Shown: one piece after another, positions 55,106-63,502 of the stretch
How positions within the stretch are numbered: the first letter of the stretch is position 1
How the letters are laid out: each line of letters opens with the position of its first letter
Origin: Spirochaetia bacterium
GTDB lineage: Bacteria; Spirochaetota; Leptospiria; Turneriellales; JAOUOS01
Assembly (NCBI GenBank): GCA_029880285.1
Contig: JAOUOS010000001.1
Span: 131,131-195,130 of the forward strand
DNA length: 64,000 nt
Reading direction: 5' to 3'
The notes under the pieces: generated by a model
What the model was told of the DNA's origin: nothing
What the model saw: the letters and a program-made list of their open reading frames with translations, nothing else
The model's database searches: none
Translations under genes and position numbers: made by a program

Positions 55106-55502
55106 CAGCGTCTTCTTGATTTTTAAAAACTTCTAACACAGAATCAAGTTTAGTAATTTCTAATAAATTCTCAACATCCGCGCTTAATGAACAAATACCA
55201 AACCGTCCGTTTTTCTTTTCTACTTCACGAAATATACTAAGAAAAATTCCCAGGGCGGCGGAATTTATAAAGGGAACTTTTTTCATATCTACAATAATTT
55301 TAGGCACATCGCTTTGATGCAAAAAAGTTTCTAGTTCATCAGCTAGAGTAAATTCCATACCTGACTTTATAGGGCCGTCAATAGCAAATATCCATAAATC
55401 ATTTTTTCTTTTTGTTTTTGTTTTCATAGCATGAATTTCAATTTTGTTTATAAATTCTTTAATTCTCGTTTGACATTTTATAATATATTCAAAGAATTGC
55501 AA
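55086..55502 (-). CDS. STAS-domain protein (anti-sigma-factor antagonist family)
   Basis: IIVDMKKVPFINSAALGIFLSI, LLEITKLDSVLEVF. The likely true start is ATG 55427 (MKTKTKRK...). The 3' end overlaps the MFS gene by 20 nt. Confidence 0.65.
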   Translation of the reverse strand: MQFFEYIIKCQTRIKEFINKIEIHAMKTKTKRKNDLWIFAIDGPIKSGMEFTLADELETFLHQSDVPKIIVDMKKVPFINSAALGIFLSIFREVEKKNGRFGICSLSADVENLLEITKLDSVLEVFKNQEDAVESFQD

Positions 55503-55691
55503 GTATTTTTTTAATTTATAAAAAATTATTTAATAGATTCCCGCTTTAGTTTATGCCGCGTAAAAAAGAGGTGCGTATCAAGATTTGAACCCGGTACTGT
55601 CATCCCCTGCTAATACAAACATTTTTAATTATTGAAACGTATTTTCTTTACGCAAGAAAGACTTTTTCTTATTTGTCCATTAAAAAATACA

Positions 55692-57377
55692 ATGGATTTT
55701 GCTTCAATTATAACACTTCTAGGCGGCTTGTCGGTATTCCTTTTCGGCATGAAACTAATGAGTGAGTCACTTCAGTCGGTTGCCGGCGATCGCTTAAAAA
55801 CCATTTTAGGTAAAATGACAACCAATCGATTTACTGGTGTTTTTAGCGGTTTATGGATAACGGCTTTTATACAGTCTTCTTCAGCAACAACAGTTATGGT
55901 AGTGGGGTTTGTAAACGCGGGACTTCTTAGTCTTAACCAGGCGATAGGACTTATCATGGGAGCCAATATTGGAACCACTATTACTGCGTGGCTTGTCGCG
56001 CTTCTTGGCTTCAAGGTGAAAGTAAGCTCTTTTGCTTTGCCTGCTATAATTATAGGACTTTTACTAACTTTTAAGAAAAATGAATCATCACGCGGATGGG
56101 GTAATACTTTAATAGGGTTTGGAATTCTTTTTTTAGGTTTAGATTTTATGAAAAACTCCATACCCGATGCAGCTAAGCATGCCGAAACTTTCGCTTTTTT
56201 ATCTCAATTTACAGAAGTAAATTATCTATCTATTTTATTTTTTATTTTTATAGGAACACTTTTAACTATTGTTATACAATCATCATCCGCGACAACAACA
56301 ATAACCATAACACTGGCCTTCACTGGTCATATTCCCATTCACGCGGCCCTTGCCATGATATTAGGAGAAAATATCGGAACAACCATAACCGCATTTCTGG
56401 CATCTTTAGCCGGCAATCATGATTCAAAAAAAGCTGCGTTGGCTCATACTCTATTCAATATAATGGGCGTAATTTGGGCAATTCTTTTCTTTTTTCCTTT
56501 TATGCAGTTTATAGATTTTATTGTGCCCGAAGATCCTCTTATAAATAAAGAATCTACAAGATTTCACATTTCAGCTTTTCATACCGCGTTTAATATTATA
56601 AATACGGGTATTTTAATTTGGTTTGTGTCACACATCGAAAGACTAGTTAATTTTTTAGCAAAATATATCATTCCCGCTGATAAGGTAAAAGTAAAGTACA
56701 CAATTCCAGCTCTTCGAAAAGTAATAGGCTTTGGAACCATACATACTCCTGAAGCTGCAATTATAACCCTTGAAGCTCAAAATAAAAAGTTAATTAGAAT
56801 AGCTCTAAAAGGGTTAAAACGAATGGAATATTTAATCATTGATAAATATCAAAATGAAAGTGTAGAAGCTTTACTTGAAGAAGAAAAAGAATTAGATACG
56901 GCCCGTACTGAAACTTTACATTATTTGGCGCAAGTGCAAGAAATAGGAATAACAGGTCACATCGGTTTAAAAGTATTTGAAATAATGGAAAGAATTAAAA
57001 TTATTGAAGAGATAAGTGATAACATGGCCAAAGTAGCTAAAAAAATTCGAAACGCGCATAACTATAAAATTGCTTTAAGTAAAAAGAAACAGAATATTAT
57101 TATAGAACAAATAAACTATATTAAACAACAAAAAAAATTATTAAAAGATAATATGAATGAGTTAACTAATCCTTCTATAAAAAAATTAAGTCAAAAACTA
57201 TATGACGAGAGTCATGCAATATTTAGAGAACTTGATAAAAAAACATTAAATAGAAAGAAAATAGAATCTAATAAACACGAATTATCCGCTTTTTTTTATT
57301 TTATGGATATGGCAAGGCTGCTTGATTTAATATCAAAACATCTGCATAAAATAATTATTCTAGATGATTTAGAATAA
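55692..57377 (+). CDS. Na/Pi-cotransporter family protein with PhoU-like C-terminal domain
   Basis: Duplicated QSSSATT motifs (FIQSSSATTVMVVG and VIQSSSATTTITITL), GANIGTT/GENIGTT, and a helical C-terminus. The ATG at 55692 (MDFASIITLLGG) is preferred over the track TTG at 55632. Confidence 0.85.
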   Translation: MDFASIITLLGGLSVFLFGMKLMSESLQSVAGDRLKTILGKMTTNRFTGVFSGLWITAFIQSSSATTVMVVGFVNAGLLSLNQAIGLIMGANIGTTITAWLVALLGFKVKVSSFALPAIIIGLLLTFKKNESSRGWGNTLIGFGILFLGLDFMKNSIPDAAKHAETFAFLSQFTEVNYLSILFFIFIGTLLTIVIQSSSATTTITITLAFTGHIPIHAALAMILGENIGTTITAFLASLAGNHDSKKAALAHTLFNIMGVIWAILFFFPFMQFIDFIVPEDPLINKESTRFHISAFHTAFNIINTGILIWFVSHIERLVNFLAKYIIPADKVKVKYTIPALRKVIGFGTIHTPEAAIITLEAQNKKLIRIALKGLKRMEYLIIDKYQNESVEALLEEEKELDTARTETLHYLAQVQEIGITGHIGLKVFEIMERIKIIEEISDNMAKVAKKIRNAHNYKIALSKKKQNIIIEQINYIKQQKKLLKDNMNELTNPSIKKLSQKLYDESHAIFRELDKKTLNRKKIESNKHELSAFFYFMDMARLLDLISKHLHKIIILDDLE

Positions 57378-57401
57378 GTTTTTACTTTATTATAAATAAA
57401 A

Positions 57402-57583
57402 GCGGCCGGGATCCGCGCTGGCGCGTAAAATTATGAACCTTAGATTTAAGTGGGTTCCATCACTGCTAGAGCTACTCTTCCGGGTGTACCCGTACTTTTG
57501 CTCTAACAAAATATCTGGATCCCTCTGAGGTACATTGATTCATATATTATTTTATCGCGGACAGTACAGATTTTACCGGCCTA
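57402..57583 (+). ncRNA. Candidate structured RNA or palindromic intergenic element (~180 nt, unknown class; strand tentative)
   Basis: An island of about 45% GC in an AT-rich spacer. Eight nested co-linear helices were read by eye: 57404-09/57576-81, 57412-17/57556-61, 57426-31/57549-54, 57432-37/57539-44, 57438-44/57524-30 (one U:G, valid only on the + strand), 57452-59/57516-23, 57467-72/57500-05, and the apex CGGG-TGTA-CCCG at 57481-92. Confidence 0.35.
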
Positions 57584-57762
57584 TGCCATAGGCATAAATA
57601 CAATTTAAAAAATATATTTCAAAATTTAAAGAACTTTTTAAAAAACTTCTTGATTATATGATATAAAAGCTTAATTTATCAGATATTCAAATTTACAACT
57701 ATTTGACATATTTTAATTAAAAACAATAGCCATTCAGTAACATTTTTTCGTATAAGAGTTAT

Positions 57763-59076
57763 ATGAGAAAAATGTTTGAGAATTTTCATTTGTTAACATG
57801 GAACTATGAAGACCATGACTTTGAATGCCTTTCTACATTTCCCGATTCACGGGGCTTTTATGAAACAAACTGGCGTCCTTCTGAAGAGGTGTTGTCCGTG
57901 CTTTATTTAGCCACATGTAACAGAGTTGAATTGTATCTTCAAATAAGTGATACTGTAAAAAAATCAATAACTCGTGAAGAATTACTGCTATATCTAGAGA
58001 AATCACCTATCGCTGAACAAATAAAAAATATACTGCCTGTATGTAAGCATGGTGCATCAGCTATTAAACATTTTTTTCAGGTAACATCGGGCTTAAGAAG
58101 TATGGCTCTGGGTGAAACACAAATAACAGGGCAGGTAAAAAGAGATATAGAAAGGGCTTCAAAAAACGGTTATTTAACGTCATTATTTGAAAATATTTCT
58201 AAAAAGGCTCTTGAAACGCAAAAAAGTATTCGCAATAATACAGAAGTAGGCAAAAGCCCAATATCTTTACTTACTCTAATGGAAAGAGAAATTGAAGCAG
58301 AAACAGGTTCACAATCTAATTTTACTAATGTAGCCATTGGCGGTACCGGCGATATGTCTAGTAAGGTTTTAAAACATGTTATTAATAAGGGTGCTGAAAA
58401 TATAACCGTAATAAGACATGATACACAAAGAGAACTTCCTTTAGAATTTAAAGAACTACTTGAAAAATATACAGCGGGTAAAAATATTCAAATAAATTTT
58501 TTAACATGGGATAATGTAATTGAAAAATCTGTAAAAATATCAAATTCCTGGGATATATTAATTACAGCAACTCATTCAGAAAAACCGGTATTAACTTATA
58601 AATTAATTAATGAACTAAGAGAAATTAAATATTTAAAACAAAATGCTTATGTAGTTGATCTTGGTATACCACCAAATGTTGAAATTGTAGAAAAAACTAT
58701 TGAAAATAAAGAAAAGATTATCAATCTTCAAACACTTTTAAAGCAAAGTGAACAAAATTTAGCTTTAAGAAGATTTCACCAGCAGCAGGCGATGCCTTTA
58801 ATTGAAAAATCAATTCATGCTTTCTGGATGGATCAAATATACAGAAATCATCCCGAAGTTATAACCACTGCTCTCGATTGCGCTGCGAAAGAAAGAGATA
58901 AAGAATGGGAAAATTTATTGGCCGGACCCTTAAAAAATATAACGAATAAACAAAAAAGAGTTTTAATTGATTATTTTAAGAAACAAGAAAGAAAAACTTT
59001 AAGGCTTCATAAAGAAATTTTTATAGAAATGCTTGTTACAGGCAATCACAGCAGTATAAGCGCTGACTCTCATTAA
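57763..59076 (+). CDS. hemA: Glutamyl-tRNA reductase
   Basis: LATCNRVELY, GETQITGQVK, an NAD-binding GGTGDMS segment, and the hem cluster context. Confidence 0.88.
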   Translation: MRKMFENFHLLTWNYEDHDFECLSTFPDSRGFYETNWRPSEEVLSVLYLATCNRVELYLQISDTVKKSITREELLLYLEKSPIAEQIKNILPVCKHGASAIKHFFQVTSGLRSMALGETQITGQVKRDIERASKNGYLTSLFENISKKALETQKSIRNNTEVGKSPISLLTLMEREIEAETGSQSNFTNVAIGGTGDMSSKVLKHVINKGAENITVIRHDTQRELPLEFKELLEKYTAGKNIQINFLTWDNVIEKSVKISNSWDILITATHSEKPVLTYKLINELREIKYLKQNAYVVDLGIPPNVEIVEKTIENKEKIINLQTLLKQSEQNLALRRFHQQQAMPLIEKSIHAFWMDQIYRNHPEVITTALDCAAKERDKEWENLLAGPLKNITNKQKRVLIDYFKKQERKTLRLHKEIFIEMLVTGNHSSISADSH

Positions 59077-59090
59077 TAAAGCGCCTTTCA

Positions 59091-60935
59091 ATGCAGATAG
59101 TAACCCGTGATTCATTTTTAGCTTTGGCTCAGACTCTTACTGTCTCAGAAAAGTTAATTCAAGCAGGAATTCATCCGGCTATAAATGCAATAAAAACTCA
59201 AGGGGATATAAAATTAAAAGACCCTCTTTATGAAGTAAGCAAACAGGCAAAAGACGAGAAAGAAGGCAAGGCATTTTTTACTAAAGAACTTGAAGACGCC
59301 CTACTTTCAAATACCGGTGATTTAGCTGTTCATTCTTTAAAAGACCTGCCTACAGAAATGCCAAACGGTCTCTTTTTAAGCTCAGTTATACTTCCCGAAG
59401 ATAAAGGTGATACAATTGTAACAACACAGCCTTTGCCTGAAGATTTCACGGAACAAAAAAACCTTCTTGAAAAATACACTTTAGGAACTTCTTCATTAAG
59501 AAGAATAGCTTTATTAAAATTCTGGTTTCATAACGCAAAAATTATACCTGTAAGAGGTAATTTAATTACTCGAATTAATAAATTAATTCAAAAAACAGAC
59601 GGATTGAATGCCCTTCTCTTAGCGACATCGGGACTTAAAAGACTTCTTGAATTTCAAAAATCATGGCCCCAATTAAAAACATACTGGCAGAATAAAATTG
59701 ATAACTCTATTATTAAAAAACTAGATACCGACTATAATAAACTTTCTGAAATACTAAGTAATAAGCTATACTATTATTCTATCTCTCAAGAAAACTTTCA
59801 ACCCGCAGTAGGTCAAGGTACTTTAGGAACAGAAATGCGTGAAAACGATAAAGAAAATATATCGCATCTTTTAAAGGCAATTCCTGAAGACGCTGTTCAC
59901 AGAAAAATAATTGATACAGAAAGACATATACTTCATGAACTAGGCGCCGGATGTCACGTTCCCTTCGGCTTAAATATTCAGCCAGCTTCTCTTAATCTAC
60001 AAGAAAAGAAAATAATAACTGGCTCTGCTGAAAAAAATATAAAAGCCTTATCGGCCGATGTTTTTTATGCCGCCGATTTTAATCCAAATAGTGATGAAAA
60101 AGTAAATGCCTATAAAGCCGTAAGATATTTTCCCTTTAATAACAATAAAGAAAAAATTATGGCACTTATTGAAGAAATAAAAGGCAATACCTTTCCTGTT
60201 GTATATACGGGAAAAAACTCACAAGACATAGAGAATACACTTAAAGGCTCAACTCATGATTTTTTTCACGTACCTCTTATAGACACTATGTATATAGAAG
60301 CTGAAAATTTGTATGAGAAGAATTCATATGACGTTCTTGTTATAAGTTCTCTGGCTTCATTAAAATCTAAGGCTATTAAAGAATTTAGGAATATTAAAAC
60401 CATAGTGGCCGTGGGTGAAAAAACAAAAGTAGAAACAGAAAAAGTATTTACTGATGCTAAGGTTTTGGTACCTGAAACCTATAACGCGATATCGGCTGCT
60501 AAATTAATAGAAAAATTAAAAATAAAAAACATCCTGTGGCTTGGAGCAAGAGCCGGAATAACCGATGGCATTGATTATCTAACCAGTAAAAATATGAATG
60601 TGGATGTATTAAATTTATATGAAAATGTTGAAGTAAATATTGATAATTCATGTTCAGAATGGGAAAATAAAAATATTTCTAAGGAAGAATTTTTAGCAAA
60701 AAAAGCGTTTTGGATATTTTGCTCGCCTTCGGCTGTTTCTGCTTATTTAAAACAAAATCTACATCATAAAGATCATCTAATTGCCTGTTTGGGAACAACA
60801 ACCGCAACGGCTTTCTGGTCAAAAGATATAATTCCGTATGTTATTGCTTCAAAAAGTCTGCTTAAAACAATTGCAGAAGAAATTATGGGCAAAACAAAAA
60901 CGTCAGAATGGGAAACTAAATATTGGCAATTTTAA
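59091..60935 (+). CDS. hemC: Bifunctional hydroxymethylbilane synthase / uroporphyrinogen-III synthase (HemC-HemD fusion)
   Basis: The N-terminal half has HemC motifs (TRDSFLALAQT, AVHSLKDLPT, GTSSLRR, RGNLITRINKL, LGAGCHVPFG). The C-terminal ~270 aa are HemD-like (two alpha/beta half-domains). Confidence 0.85.
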   Translation: MQIVTRDSFLALAQTLTVSEKLIQAGIHPAINAIKTQGDIKLKDPLYEVSKQAKDEKEGKAFFTKELEDALLSNTGDLAVHSLKDLPTEMPNGLFLSSVILPEDKGDTIVTTQPLPEDFTEQKNLLEKYTLGTSSLRRIALLKFWFHNAKIIPVRGNLITRINKLIQKTDGLNALLLATSGLKRLLEFQKSWPQLKTYWQNKIDNSIIKKLDTDYNKLSEILSNKLYYYSISQENFQPAVGQGTLGTEMRENDKENISHLLKAIPEDAVHRKIIDTERHILHELGAGCHVPFGLNIQPASLNLQEKKIITGSAEKNIKALSADVFYAADFNPNSDEKVNAYKAVRYFPFNNNKEKIMALIEEIKGNTFPVVYTGKNSQDIENTLKGSTHDFFHVPLIDTMYIEAENLYEKNSYDVLVISSLASLKSKAIKEFRNIKTIVAVGEKTKVETEKVFTDAKVLVPETYNAISAAKLIEKLKIKNILWLGARAGITDGIDYLTSKNMNVDVLNLYENVEVNIDNSCSEWENKNISKEEFLAKKAFWIFCSPSAVSAYLKQNLHHKDHLIACLGTTTATAFWSKDIIPYVIASKSLLKTIAEEIMGKTKTSEWETKYWQF

Positions 60936-60952
60936 TTTAAAAGGAGATAAAA

Positions 60953-62275
60953 ATGGATCATAACAATTCAAATAAAATTTGGCAAGAATCTGTAAAATAT
61001 TTAGCAGGCGGAGTTAATTCACCAGTTAGAGCCTATGGCTCAGTAGGCGGCAATCCTGTAGTTATGAAAAAAGGAGAAGGCGCTTTTTTAATTGATGAGG
61101 ATAATAATAAATATCTTGATTTTGTTAACAGCTGGGGACCTCTTATTTTGGGACACTGCAATAAAGAATTAGTTGATGTCTTAAAAAATCAGGTTGAAAA
61201 AGGAACTTCTTTTGGCACAATCACAAAAGCTGAAAATGAACTTGCTCGCCTTATCTGTGAAAATATTCATCATGTTGAAATGATTCGTTTTGTTAATTCA
61301 GGTACCGAAGCCGTAATGAGCGCGCTACGACTCGCGCGCGGGTATACTTCAAAATCAAAAATTATTAAATTTGAAGGATGTTACCACGGACATCATGACA
61401 GTATGCTGGTAAAAGCCGGTTCAGGTCTTTTAACATTTTCAGGAGATATCTCGCTATCTAGCAGCCCCGGAGTACCCGAATCTTTTGCAGAAGACACTAT
61501 TGTTCTACCTCTTGACGAAGAAGAAATTCTTGAAAAAACTTTTGAAAGCTTAGGCGATAAAATAGCCGCTGTTATTCTTGAAGCCGTACCGGCTAACTCA
61601 GGCTTACTGCCCCAAAGGCTTGAATTTGTCAAAAAAATTCAAATACTTTGTGAAAAGTATTCCGCCTTATTTATAGCCGATGAAGTTATAACAGGGTTCA
61701 GACTCGGATTTTCAGGATTTTGCGGTAAGTATAATATTAAGCCAGATTTAGTAACCTATGGTAAAATTATCGGAGGTGGTCTTCCCGTTGGCGCTTTTGG
61801 CGGTAAAAAAGAAATAATGAACCACCTTTCACCTGTAGGCAAGGTATACCAGGCAGGAACACTATCAGGAAATCCGCTGGCAATGGCCGCGGGTTATACA
61901 AGTTTAAAAATATTAAAAGAACAAAATGTTTACGAGCACTTAAATAATTTAGCTACTTATTTAAAATCATCATTTGATAAATTAATAATGCCCGCTTTAA
62001 ATGCAAAATCCTTTACTATAAAACTGGTTCAAGAGGAATCTATCTTCTGGTTAAATATTAGAGAAAAAGATTCAGATGAATTAATACGGCGCGTTGATAA
62101 AATTTGGCAGGATGCCGCGGGTATTTATAAACAAATATTCTGGCATATGCTTGAAAATGGCATTCATATAGCGCCTTCAGCTTATGAGGTAGGTTTCTTA
62201 TCACATCCTATGACAAAAGAAGATATTGACTTTTTTATAAATAATCTTAAAACAGCTATTGATAAAATTGACTAA
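60953..62275 (+). CDS. hemL: Glutamate-1-semialdehyde 2,1-aminomutase
   Basis: GGVNSPVRA, VNSGTEA, DEVITGFR, TYGKIIGGGLP. Strong SD (AAGGAG). Confidence 0.95.
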   Translation: MDHNNSNKIWQESVKYLAGGVNSPVRAYGSVGGNPVVMKKGEGAFLIDEDNNKYLDFVNSWGPLILGHCNKELVDVLKNQVEKGTSFGTITKAENELARLICENIHHVEMIRFVNSGTEAVMSALRLARGYTSKSKIIKFEGCYHGHHDSMLVKAGSGLLTFSGDISLSSSPGVPESFAEDTIVLPLDEEEILEKTFESLGDKIAAVILEAVPANSGLLPQRLEFVKKIQILCEKYSALFIADEVITGFRLGFSGFCGKYNIKPDLVTYGKIIGGGLPVGAFGGKKEIMNHLSPVGKVYQAGTLSGNPLAMAAGYTSLKILKEQNVYEHLNNLATYLKSSFDKLIMPALNAKSFTIKLVQEESIFWLNIREKDSDELIRRVDKIWQDAAGIYKQIFWHMLENGIHIAPSAYEVGFLSHPMTKEDIDFFINNLKTAIDKID

Positions 62276-62341
62276 ATTAAAATAAAATTTAGCTTTTCGA
62301 TTATTTTACTTAAAATATTTAAGTAAATATTTTAAATACAA

Positions 62342-63502
62342 ATGAAAAAAAATATTAACTATAGCATATCAAACACAATTAAAAGAGGAATTGATTTTTT
62401 TCTTACAGACATTGAATACAGGTTCCCTATTACTCTCGCCGTAATTTTTTTAAGCGTAATTGTTATGACAATTTGGTGGCAGATATTGTTTGAAAGAATG
62501 CTACTTTTTTATACTGAAGGACGGCTTGATAAAATTGAAATTGAAATGTTAAAAGCAAAAGAAAATTCGCAGCTAATTAAAAGCCTAATTAATGAAAATA
62601 AAGTATTATTGGTTGAAAAATGTTCTATAAATCCCTGTGTATCGGTTAAGTTAAATGATAAAAATAGTTTTTTACAAATAAATAATCATTATTATGAAAA
62701 TATCTATATTACCAGAGACCGTAAATGGAAAATGATAATCTGGGAAACAACTTTTTTAATTTTTGTCTTATTCTTAGCGTTAAGTTATCTTTTTTGGGCA
62801 ATATATCATGAAAAATCAAAATTAAAAGAACGGCAGAATTTTTTAGCAATGGCAACTCATGAACTAAAGCGTCCCCTTAGCTCTATTAGTCTTTTATTAG
62901 AAAGTTTAAACCGAAAAACCCTGCCCACTAAAGATAAAGATAAGTTTATAAATAAAGGATTAGAAGAAATTAAATCTTTAACTAGTCAGCTGGAAAATTT
63001 ATTAAAAATTCAAGAACTGCAGTCACACTATAAAAAAAGATTCACCCTATTTAATATAAACACATTTGTAAAAGAATTTATAGAAACATGGAAAATTGTT
63101 GATAATAAAAATAAAAACAGAATTATATTTAAAAACAGCTTAAAAAAAGAAGTCAAAGTTAAAATTGAAAAATCTGGATTTGAAACTATATTAAAAAATC
63201 TGTTAGAAAACGCTCTTCTTTATTCAAAAGAAAAGGTAATTATAAATCTTTATAACGAAAATAATAATGTTTATGTTGAAATTGAAGATAACGGTATAGG
63301 ATTTACCCAAGAAGATAAAAAAAATATCGGCACAATGTTTTACAGATCATACAGACACTCAGTTCAAAATATAAAAGGCAGCGGCTTAGGTCTTTTTATT
63401 GTTTACAGCCTGGCCGCGCAAATGGGAATTAAAATAAACCTTAAGACCAATGGTGAAAATCAGGGAAGTAAATTTAACGTAATATGCCAGATAGCGAAAT
63501 AG
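62342..63502 (+). CDS. Sensor histidine kinase (two TM, HisKA + HATPase_c)
   Basis: H-box MATHELKRPLSSI, N-box LLENALLYS, G1 EDNGIGF, G2 GSGLGLFIV. Confidence 0.85.
   Translation: MKKNINYSISNTIKRGIDFFLTDIEYRFPITLAVIFLSVIVMTIWWQILFERMLLFYTEGRLDKIEIEMLKAKENSQLIKSLINENKVLLVEKCSINPCVSVKLNDKNSFLQINNHYYENIYITRDRKWKMIIWETTFLIFVLFLALSYLFWAIYHEKSKLKERQNFLAMATHELKRPLSSISLLLESLNRKTLPTKDKDKFINKGLEEIKSLTSQLENLLKIQELQSHYKKRFTLFNINTFVKEFIETWKIVDNKNKNRIIFKNSLKKEVKVKIEKSGFETILKNLLENALLYSKEKVIINLYNENNNVYVEIEDNGIGFTQEDKKNIGTMFYRSYRHSVQNIKGSGLGLFIVYSLAAQMGIKINLKTNGENQGSKFNVICQIAK

Noticed and set aside
55540-55625. GC-richer patch with a tRNA-like T-arm string (minus strand ACCGGGTTCAAATCTTGATACGCACC), possibly a tRNA, a tRNA remnant or att site, or a partial copy of the 57402-57583 element
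   Set aside because: The T-stem pairs poorly (a C/A mismatch and two G:U pairs), and no acceptable D-arm or anticodon arm could be built, so it is not a functional tRNA. The shared 8-mers with the downstream element (GCGTAAAA, GTACTGTC) are about what chance predicts for sequences of this size. It is left as unexplained promoter or UTR sequence.
55772-56161. 129-aa minus-strand ORF inside the Na/Pi cotransporter gene. Similar antisense or internal ORFs occur at 31951-32229, 33261-33566, 34644-34883, 35192-35506, 38931-39188, 40299-40517, 42172-42490, 45847-46311, 47184-47411, 51742-52014, 53227-53415 and 61393-61632.
   Set aside because: All lie within, and opposite or out of frame to, confidently identified genes (nuo subunits, transporter, hemL and others). 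They show no independent coding evidence.
57402-57583. Identification of the structured element as a cobalamin riboswitch, SRP RNA, ZTP or ydaO riboswitch
   Set aside because: There are only fragmentary resemblances. On the minus strand, CCGGTAAAATC resembles the B12 GGTGAAAATCC region and CCGGAAG...AGCAG resembles SRP domain IV. On the plus strand, CTGGCG resembles ZTP. The B12 box, the GNRA-capped SRP helix 8 geometry and the ZTP pseudoknot partner are all absent, and the observed nested fold is incompatible with those architectures.
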